From Clostridia bacterium (GTDB lineage: Bacteria > Bacillota > DSM-521 > Neomoorellales > SLTJ01): a DNA stretch of 64,000 bases. Below the pieces are notes generated by a model. It saw only the letters and a program-made list of their open reading frames with translations. It did no database searches and was not told where the DNA came from. The position numbers and the translations under genes are program-made. Position 1 is the first letter of the stretch, and each line of letters starts with the position of its first letter. Shown in pieces: positions 57,576 to 64,000 of the stretch. The stretch lies in the NCBI GenBank assembly GCA_004347685.1, contig SLTJ01000024.1, positions 107,401 to 171,400 of the forward strand. Reading direction: 5' to 3'.

Positions 57576-57579
57576 CATA

Positions 57580-57890
57580 GAGCGCAGATCTCCCGGCCGG
57601 GGCGGGCCGTAGGCAGGCGGCGGCAGCTCCAACTTCCCTCCCTGCTGCCGCAGCACTTCCTCCAGGGCCTGCCGCAAGCCACTCTCCAGCTCGTTCACGT
57701 CCGTACCCCGGCCCGTGCCCACGTTGTAGGCGCGGAAGCCCTCCCACTCCCCGTAGACGTAATCCCGGATGTACTTGCCGATAAATGGGCTCACCCGCCC
57801 AACTGCCTTCCCCCGGGGGTGCCCTGGAACTCCGGTATGCTGGCGTGGCCGGCGGCGCTGATGCCCTCCCGCTATGGTGCGGAACTTGTA
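57580..57890 (-). pseudogene. Collapsed remnant of sugar-transferase and epimerase genes
   Basis: 57580-57780 is a diverged copy of 59019-59258 with a 39-nt deletion; 57826-57890 joins copies of 55380-55427 and 55784-55800. Confidence 0.85.
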
Positions 57891-57977
57891 GCACCGCACA
57901 GTTCTTCTTTACAAAAGTCAACGTTTGCCTTACAATAGTATGAGAGTAGGGCATTACAAGGGGCGGGGTATTACCTG

Positions 57978-58229
57978 GTGCTAGCCAAGGTTTCAAAAAA
58001 GGGACAACTAACCCTGCCGGCCGAGGTTAGAAAACGGCTCAACATTAAGCAGGGAACCTACGTACGTTTCGTGATCGAGGAGGGGGACGTTCGCCTCATC
58101 CCCGCTGGTAAAGGGGTGGAGACCCTCAGGGGAAGTGTCCAAGTCACGGACCAGCAGGACTTCGGTGCCGCGCGTCACCGCGTCATGGAGGAGGCCAGCC
58201 GTGCAAGGGCCACCCGTACTCGACGCTAA
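57978..58229 (+). CDS. AbrB/MazE/SpoVT-family antitoxin (VapB-like)
   Basis: AKVSKKGQLTLPAEVRKRLNIKQG. Confidence 0.9.
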   Translation: MLAKVSKKGQLTLPAEVRKRLNIKQGTYVRFVIEEGDVRLIPAGKGVETLRGSVQVTDQQDFGAARHRVMEEASRARATRTRR

Positions 58230-58611
58230 CATCTTGCTCCGCTTCTTGACTAACGACGTTCCGGAGCAAGCCGACCGCTGTACAGAACTGCTCCGGCGGC
58301 TGGAAACCAGCGCAGAGCAGGTGCTCCTCCCCGACCTCGTCCTAGCCGACGTGGTGTGGACCCTTGAGAAATTTTACAAACAGCCCAAGGCGAAAATCCG
58401 CGAATTGTTGCTCCCCATCCTTGGCTTACGCGGGCTGCGTTTCTCCAGCAAGGAAAGCGCGCGCTTGGCCCTGCAGATGTACGTAGATAAAAACGTGGAT
58501 TGGACTGACGCCTTCGTGGCGGCCCAGATGTTAGCGAAGGGGCGAACGCGAATTTATTCTTACGACCATGATTTCGACAGGCTATCCGGAATAGTTCGCC
58601 TGGAGCCTTAA
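58201..58611 (+). CDS. PIN-domain toxin (VapC-like)
   Basis: VLDANILLRFLTND, VDWTDA, IYSYDHDFD; GTG start overlaps the antitoxin, with a GGAGG SD. Confidence 0.9.
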   Translation: MQGPPVLDANILLRFLTNDVPEQADRCTELLRRLETSAEQVLLPDLVLADVVWTLEKFYKQPKAKIRELLLPILGLRGLRFSSKESARLALQMYVDKNVDWTDAFVAAQMLAKGRTRIYSYDHDFDRLSGIVRLEP

Positions 58612-58862
58612 AGACCTTCCCTCCTACCCTCGTAGGCCAGGCGATAGGCCGCCCGCCCTAATCCTAACTCGACCAACTCTTTCCAGGTGACGCTTAAACT
58701 GAGCAAAACTGACAACCTCCGCCCTCCTGTGCTACCTAAAACGAACCTCCTACTCTCCACGCTCTACTCGGGATTCCTGCCCGGGTGGGGTTAAGCTTCA
58801 GTACCCACCTCAGCCGCTCCCTTTCTTTGTTACTGGCTACCCCCAACTCCAGCACCCCCAAC

Positions 58863-58895
58863 GTACATCTAACATGTACAACCATTTAGTTGTAC
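58863..58895. promoter_or_regulatory. Two overlapping GTAC-core inverted repeats, probably the orphan operator of a lost TA module
   Basis: GTACAT-ctaac-ATGTAC and GTACAAC-cattta-GTTGTAC. Confidence 0.4.
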
Positions 58896-58897
58896 CT

Positions 58898-59872
58898 TTA
58901 CCCTGCATCCTCCTCCCGGCCGGCGAACCAGGCGGCGGTGCGTCTAAGCCCTTCCGCCAGGGTCACCCGCGAGCGCCAGCCCAGCTCGCGCGCCATCTTG
59001 CCGGCATCCAACAGGCTGGAGCGCAAATCTCCCGGCCGGGGCGGGCCGTAGGCAGCCGCCGGCAACTCCAACTTCTTTCCCTGCTGCCGCAGCACTTCCC
59101 CCAGGGCCTGCCGCAAGCCAGCCTCCAGTTCGTTCACGTCCGTACCCCGGCCGGTGCCCACGTTGTAGGCGCGAAAACCCTCCCCCTCCCCCGCCAGGAC
59201 CGAGAGGTTCGCCCGGGCCACGTCCTCAACGAAGACGTAATCCCGGATGTACTTGCCGTCGCCGTTAATCACCGGCGCTTCACCGTGCAGCATCCGTTGC
59301 AGGAAGATGGCCACCACCCCGGCCTCACCGTGGGGGTCCTGCCGGGGGCCGTAGACATTGGCATAGCGCAGCGCGGTACAGCGCAGGCCGTATTCCCGGA
59401 CGAAAAACTGCAGGTACATCTCCCCGGTGAGCTTGGCTATCCCGTAGGGCGAGACCGGCGCCGCCGGGTGCTCCTCGTCCGCCGGCTCATACACGTCACC
59501 ATAGAGCACCCCGCCGGATGAAGCAAAAACAAACGAGCGCGTCCCGTACCGCACCGCTGCCTCCAATACGTTCAACAGCCCCAGCACATTGGTGCGCGCG
59601 TCAAAGGCCGGCTCCCGCACCGAACGGCTGACCGAGATCTGCGCCACCTGGTGCACCACCTGCTCCGGCCGCACGAGCTCAAAAACCTGCCGCACCGCAT
59701 CTGCGTCCGCCACGTCCACCTGGTAGAGCGGCACCCCCGGCGGCAGGTTCTCCCGCTTGCCGCTGGACAAATCGTCTACCGCCACTACTTCATGCCCCGC
59801 CGCCAGGCACTCATCCACCACATGCGACCCGATAAACCCGGCCCCGCCAGTTACTAAAATCTGCAACACCAT
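58898..59872 (-). CDS. NAD-dependent epimerase/dehydratase (UDP-hexose 4-epimerase-like)
   Basis: TGGAGFIGSH, ASSGG, YGIAK, LRYANVYGPRQ. Confidence 0.93.
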   Translation of the reverse strand: MVLQILVTGGAGFIGSHVVDECLAAGHEVVAVDDLSSGKRENLPPGVPLYQVDVADADAVRQVFELVRPEQVVHQVAQISVSRSVREPAFDARTNVLGLLNVLEAAVRYGTRSFVFASSGGVLYGDVYEPADEEHPAAPVSPYGIAKLTGEMYLQFFVREYGLRCTALRYANVYGPRQDPHGEAGVVAIFLQRMLHGEAPVINGDGKYIRDYVFVEDVARANLSVLAGEGEGFRAYNVGTGRGTDVNELEAGLRQALGEVLRQQGKKLELPAAAYGPPRPGDLRSSLLDAGKMARELGWRSRVTLAEGLRRTAAWFAGREEDAG

Positions 59873-59975
59873 TCTCTCCTTTTGTCAATCTTCACGGATG
59901 TTATCCCCTCTTGTGGTTAATCTCATTTAGCTGCTTCGGTTACCTTAAGCTGTTCAATACCACACCATTCCCTCG

Positions 59976-61181
59976 CTAATCGTTGATATGCTGCCTCACT
60001 CTTTGCTTCAGGTAGCGGTCGTAGATAGTGGCCATCTCAGTCAGAACTTTTTCTAAGGAGTAGTCCTGAATCTTCGCCCGCCCGGCCACCCCCATGGCGA
60101 CCCGCAGTTCAGGATCCGAAATAAGCCTTTCTAGGGCCTTAGCCAGCCCCGGCACATCGCCCAACTCCACCAGCAAACCCGTTTTTCCGTGTTCCACCAG
60201 GTCGCGATTACCACGCACGTTGCTGGCCACCACCGGCTTCCCAGCGGCCATGGCCTCCATGATGCATTTAGGTAGGCCTTCACGTTTGGGAACCAGCGTG
60301 GCAATATCCGTTTCCCAAAGAATCTGCGGCACGTCCCGGCGGTAGCCCAAGAAGCGCACCCGCGACATCCCCTCTTGCTCCACCCTTTGTTGCAGGGGAG
60401 CCATTTTTTCACCCGTACCCACCAACAATAGGTGACCACGATCGAACCGCCTTGTAAACTCTCGCCAAGCGTCAAGGAGAAAGTCATGGTTCTTATTTTC
60501 ATTCAGCTCCGCCACGCAGGTGACCACCACATCACCGGGGTCTATGCTCAACGCGGTACGGACGCTGCTCCCATCCATCGGCGGGGCAAAGTATTGATCC
60601 AGATCTACCCCTACCCCGTGCACGAAAAATAGGTTTTCCCCGGGCTTGAAACCTAGCCGCTGGGCGTTTTCAAAATCCTCGCCGTTCATTACGATAAGCC
60701 CGTCAGTCCAACGAGCGGCAACGCGTTCCGCAGTATGGTAGATGAGCCAATTGCGCCTCGGCGCGCCCTGGTAAAAATGAAAGCCATGCGCCGTGTAAAG
60801 AACTATCCCCTGATGAGTGGCCTTGGCCAACAATCTCCCCATGAAGGCAGCCACTGGAGTATGGACGTGGATAAGGTCGAAGTGGTGCTCCTTTAGCAAA
60901 GCCCTCAACTGGCGGAAGGCCTGGACATTGGCAGGGCTATAAGGCGAACGGGCAAAGGGGGCCTCCCAGCATGTCACCCCCGCCCTCTCCACGTCCTCCC
61001 TGCGCCCCTCTGAAGAAGAAGCCGCTGCATGGACCTCATAGCCTTTCTCCTGCAGCAGTTTAATGAAAGGAATATGAAAGGCAGCCAGGTGAGTATATAC
61101 CGAAGCGATAAAGAGCACTTGGCCGCTACTCTTACGGTGGGAGATATTATCTCTGGCCTTTTTACGTGATTTGTGATTCAC
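59976..61181 (-). CDS. Glycosyltransferase family 4 (EpsD-like)
   Basis: HVHTPVAA, YTAHGFHF, GVGVD, REGLPKCIMEAMA. Confidence 0.93.
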   Translation of the reverse strand: MNHKSRKKARDNISHRKSSGQVLFIASVYTHLAAFHIPFIKLLQEKGYEVHAAASSSEGRREDVERAGVTCWEAPFARSPYSPANVQAFRQLRALLKEHHFDLIHVHTPVAAFMGRLLAKATHQGIVLYTAHGFHFYQGAPRRNWLIYHTAERVAARWTDGLIVMNGEDFENAQRLGFKPGENLFFVHGVGVDLDQYFAPPMDGSSVRTALSIDPGDVVVTCVAELNENKNHDFLLDAWREFTRRFDRGHLLLVGTGEKMAPLQQRVEQEGMSRVRFLGYRRDVPQILWETDIATLVPKREGLPKCIMEAMAAGKPVVASNVRGNRDLVEHGKTGLLVELGDVPGLAKALERLISDPELRVAMGVAGRAKIQDYSLEKVLTEMATIYDRYLKQRVRQHIND

Positions 61182-61184
61182 TTC

Positions 61185-61400
61185 TTACCCCCAGTTCTTT
61201 CGACTATTAGGTCGAAAAATTTGCAGGTCGTCTGCTGTTAATTGAGTCCGCTTCACCGGCTTCCGGCCGATTAAGTCCCTTCTAATTGACAAGACAAGTT
61301 CTCCCAAAGCTTTTTTCCTTTCGTTCTCAGTAGATGGTGCATCAGTATGCACCATTTTAAGAAATTGATATCCATTTCGAATTACTTCATCAACAGTATA
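61185..61400 (-). pseudogene. Degraded low-GC gene remnant downstream of the MBL gene
   Basis: 69 open codons, DEVIRNGYQFLKMVHTD..KALGELVLSIRRDLIGRK.., with no in-frame start at the 5' end; apparent frameshift at LYC/DEV. Confidence 0.45.
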
Positions 61401-61563
61401 GCCTCTAGCTCAATTGCCAAAGCGCTAGCTGGTTGTTGTAAGATAAAAATACCGAATGTTGCAATTGGAAATTCCATAGTATTGCAAAAATCCATTGCAG
61501 GCATAATCGAAACCTCTATCCTTGTATCTAGCGAAAGAATGCACAGCACTTGCAAAGTGCAGT

Positions 61564-62646
61564 TTATAATTCTTCTTCTTCCTCTGGGTAAGGAACGGCT
61601 TCCGCGGGAACCCATCCTTCTCTTTCTGGTGCATTATGCCCAATGCGTATGCTGCGCCCTTCCGTGGTGATGACCTTGCCACCTCTGTGAATAAACGCAC
61701 GGATAACCGCCTTTCTGGGATGATCTTCGTCAGCCTTCGCGGCGCTCACTATTGCGGTGAATCTTGAATCATCTCCTTCCGGCTGCGAGCTCAACCTTTG
61801 GCCCAACCATTGGTCTAAGATTTCTGTTGAGACATTATGTCTTGAGCCGTGATGCGGCACCTGAATGCAGTCCATTGCGGGAATGTCTAACCCTACATAC
61901 GGTGCATATTCAGCTGCCTCTTCAAGGGCAACACGACCAGCGTCCCCAGTCAGAAGGATTTTTTTCCCACATAGGTTGGCATATTGGATGACACTCATGT
62001 TATTCTCCGCACTCGTATCTTCCTCCGGGAATGTTTCTTCACCCCATGCAGCCCGAACGAATGCAACAACTTTTTCAACAACTTGACCAACCATACGTTT
62101 AAATGATAGTAGTTCCGACTTCGTAGACTCGGGGGTCTTATCGGACTCAACGATGAGTTCAAGATAACGATTCTTTGTTGGGGCCAAGACGATAAAATCC
62201 CCAATATGCGCTCCTTGAAAGGGCTCACGGATGGGAACGCCATGCTCTTCTGCCAACTCTTCCAGAGCAGCAAGATTGGGATAGAGCTCTTTGAGTCGCT
62301 TGATCAGATTGTCCACAGAAGTGAATCGGCTAAATCTATCAATCAGTTCGTCCGCATATAGCCAGGGCCGAAGCATCCAGAGCTCGCCAATTTCATACTC
62401 ATCGAAAAGCTTTCTGAGTCCCCCAGTATGATCTCCATCCGGATGAGTCACAACTACTGCATCGATATAAGACGGAGCATCGTAGTACTTATTAATGTGC
62501 TCAATAATTGTGTCACCTGTATCCTGAAATCCACCGTCAGTTACATGAATACGAGTTTCACCATTAAGTGAATAGCGAATAGTTATTGCATCACCGCTCT
62601 TCTTGGCCTCGACATCCAAAAAATCAATCTCGAAAAAGTCAGGCAT
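61564..62646 (-). CDS. ComEC/Rec2-like metallo-beta-lactamase-fold hydrolase (soluble)
   Basis: FLDV..GDA, DGG, THPDGDH, LLTGDA, VPHHGS, HP motifs; visibly AT-richer than the flanks. Confidence 0.88.
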   Translation of the reverse strand: MPDFFEIDFLDVEAKKSGDAITIRYSLNGETRIHVTDGGFQDTGDTIIEHINKYYDAPSYIDAVVVTHPDGDHTGGLRKLFDEYEIGELWMLRPWLYADELIDRFSRFTSVDNLIKRLKELYPNLAALEELAEEHGVPIREPFQGAHIGDFIVLAPTKNRYLELIVESDKTPESTKSELLSFKRMVGQVVEKVVAFVRAAWGEETFPEEDTSAENNMSVIQYANLCGKKILLTGDAGRVALEEAAEYAPYVGLDIPAMDCIQVPHHGSRHNVSTEILDQWLGQRLSSQPEGDDSRFTAIVSAAKADEDHPRKAVIRAFIHRGGKVITTEGRSIRIGHNAPEREGWVPAEAVPYPEEEEEL

Positions 62647-62649
62647 ATG

Positions 62650-63144
62650 TCAATCTCCTTTCTTGATGCCTTGGATACGTTTGGTTATGTATTGAGTTTG
62701 CTTACGATACGAGAAAAGGAAGAGTGTAAGCAAACCCAATATCAAGAACCCGGCTGCCAGTTGCCTTATAATTGGGGCAATAATTAAAAGACGCTCGTAT
62801 ATCTTCACGAATATAAGAATCACAAAGAGTGAGCAGAACGTTCGGTACATATTGTTGGCCTCAGAAAGTACTTCAAGTGATTTGTCCTCTTTTGATGCCG
62901 AGAGAAAATCAGCATAGGTGGCGAAATGAATAAACCTGCTCCATTTTAGAATAGGTTCGATGACCACGGAGCCTATCCTGCTGATAACCAGGCCGATAAA
63001 ATAGTACATAAAGACCCCCAGGATGATATCTTGCTGCACAAAACGGAAAGTTGTAAATTCTTCTGCGAGAACAACAAAAACAATTCCTGGAAGTAGATAG
63101 TTGAATATGTTGTATGATGATAGCTTTTCAAGCAGTTCTTTCAT
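62650..63144 (-). CDS. Hypothetical ~4-TM membrane protein
   Basis: Four hydrophobic segments; stop codon 3 nt before the MBL start; low GC. Confidence 0.8.
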   Translation of the reverse strand: MKELLEKLSSYNIFNYLLPGIVFVVLAEEFTTFRFVQQDIILGVFMYYFIGLVISRIGSVVIEPILKWSRFIHFATYADFLSASKEDKSLEVLSEANNMYRTFCSLFVILIFVKIYERLLIIAPIIRQLAAGFLILGLLTLFLFSYRKQTQYITKRIQGIKKGD

Positions 63145-63204
63145 ATAGTCACCTTCTACAGGCTTTAATCCCCATTTCCTTCATCTTGTTGTCTATTTCT
63201 CATT

Positions 63205-64000
63205 TTACACCTCAATCCCCTTTCGTTTTAGCAGGTTTTCATATAGCTCGTCCCATCGGTCCACCACCCGGTCCAGGCTATAGTTGGCCTCGATGTGCGC
63301 CCGGCCGGCCTGGCCCATAACCTTTCGTTCGGCCTCGGGGATGGCCATCATTTTGCCCATCGCCGCTGCTAGGGCTTCGGCATTACGTGGGGGGACCATA
63401 TAGCCGCTGACGCCCTCCTGAACAAGTTCCGGTACGCCCCCCACGCTGGTAGCTACAACAGGCTTGGCGGCAGCCATGGCCTCCATCACAACGTTTGGCA
63501 ACCCTTCCCAGGCAGAGGAAAGGACAAACCCATCAGCGGCGTTCAAAAGCAAAGGGATATCCCGGCGCAGGCCCAAGAAAACAACACGGTCGGAAATACC
63601 AAGATCTGCGGCTTGCCGTTGCAGGTTTTCCAGCAGGGGGCCCTGTCCCGCCACCCGCAACTGGGCCTTTTGACCTTTGTGCCCAAGAATTTGCAATGCC
63701 TGTAATAGAGTGGGGTAATCCTTCTGCTCTTCCAGCCGCCCGACAGACAGCCACAGAAAGTCATCTTCCGCGATGCCTAGTTGCTGACGGAAGCTTGTTC
63801 GATCTGAGCCATTGGGCAAAAACTTGTCTAAGACAAGGCCATTTGGAATCACCCGAATCCTGGCGGCAGGCACCACCCCGCGCTTCACCAGGCTATCGGC
63901 CGCCAGCCTTGAGTTGGTAGTAGTGACATCTCCCATCCAGTCCGTCAATCGTAGCACCTGGTCACGGCGTGGTCCACCGAAGTTCTCGTTTCGGATGGAC
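63205..64000 (-). CDS. Glycosyltransferase family 4 (5'-truncated by the window)
   Basis: IPNG, VGRLEEQKDY, SSAWEGLPNVVMEAMAA; open to the window edge. Confidence 0.92.
   Translation of the reverse strand, partial: SIRNENFGGPRRDQVLRLTDWMGDVTTTNSRLAADSLVKRGVVPAARIRVIPNGLVLDKFLPNGSDRTSFRQQLGIAEDDFLWLSVGRLEEQKDYPTLLQALQILGHKGQKAQLRVAGQGPLLENLQRQAADLGISDRVVFLGLRRDIPLLLNAADGFVLSSAWEGLPNVVMEAMAAAKPVVATSVGGVPELVQEGVSGYMVPPRNAEALAAAMGKMMAIPEAERKVMGQAGRAHIEANYSLDRVVDRWDELYENLLKRKGIEV

Noticed and set aside
57580-59258. Near-duplicate of the epimerase 3' end as a DGR template/variable repeat pair
   Set aside because: The differences are not adenine-specific, include deletions, and no reverse transcriptase is in the window.
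61182-63204. Low-GC cassette as an IS/transposon or a competence comEC gene
   Set aside because: I see no transposase, terminal repeats or target duplication, and the protein lacks the ComEC membrane competence domain.

Overview
High-GC chromosomal segment of a motile, spore-forming Bacillota (Clostridia). The genes spoVS, tepA/ylzJ and ftsK/spoIIIE plus sigma-H-type promoters suggest a Moorella/Desulfotomaculum-like lineage (inference). Almost everything is on the minus strand. In order: flgL-flgK-flgN-flgM; cheB-cheA-cheW-MCP; a Jag_N-FapA(DUF342) gene under a c-di-GMP-I riboswitch; MFS, a triple-HTH XRE regulator, a CBM protein and a VOC protein; a CoxD/CoxE-like MoxR-VWA pair; guaB; a long anaerobic cobalamin operon with an internal, atypical cobalamin riboswitch; the conserved spoVS-ymdB-rny-recX-recA-thpR-rimO-rodZ-ftsK block; an inverted tepA-ylzJ pair; and a surface-glycan locus of the bacillosamine type (PglF/E/D/C-like, epimerase, GT4s). 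The glycan locus is littered with gene fragments, a VapBC module, a Uma2 nuclease and a low-GC insertion encoding a membrane protein plus a ComEC-like metallo-beta-lactamase hydrolase. The best leads are: (1) that TM + MBL cassette as a candidate defence module; (2) a promoter- and terminator-bounded structured RNA upstream of rny; (3) a same-orientation dispersed hairpin repeat family with covariation; (4) a second unexplained structured element antisense to the MCP leader; (5) a CheB with its receiver domain deleted in frame. I saw no tRNA, rRNA, CRISPR array or intact transposase. All family assignments come from motif recognition by eye; no database searches were run.
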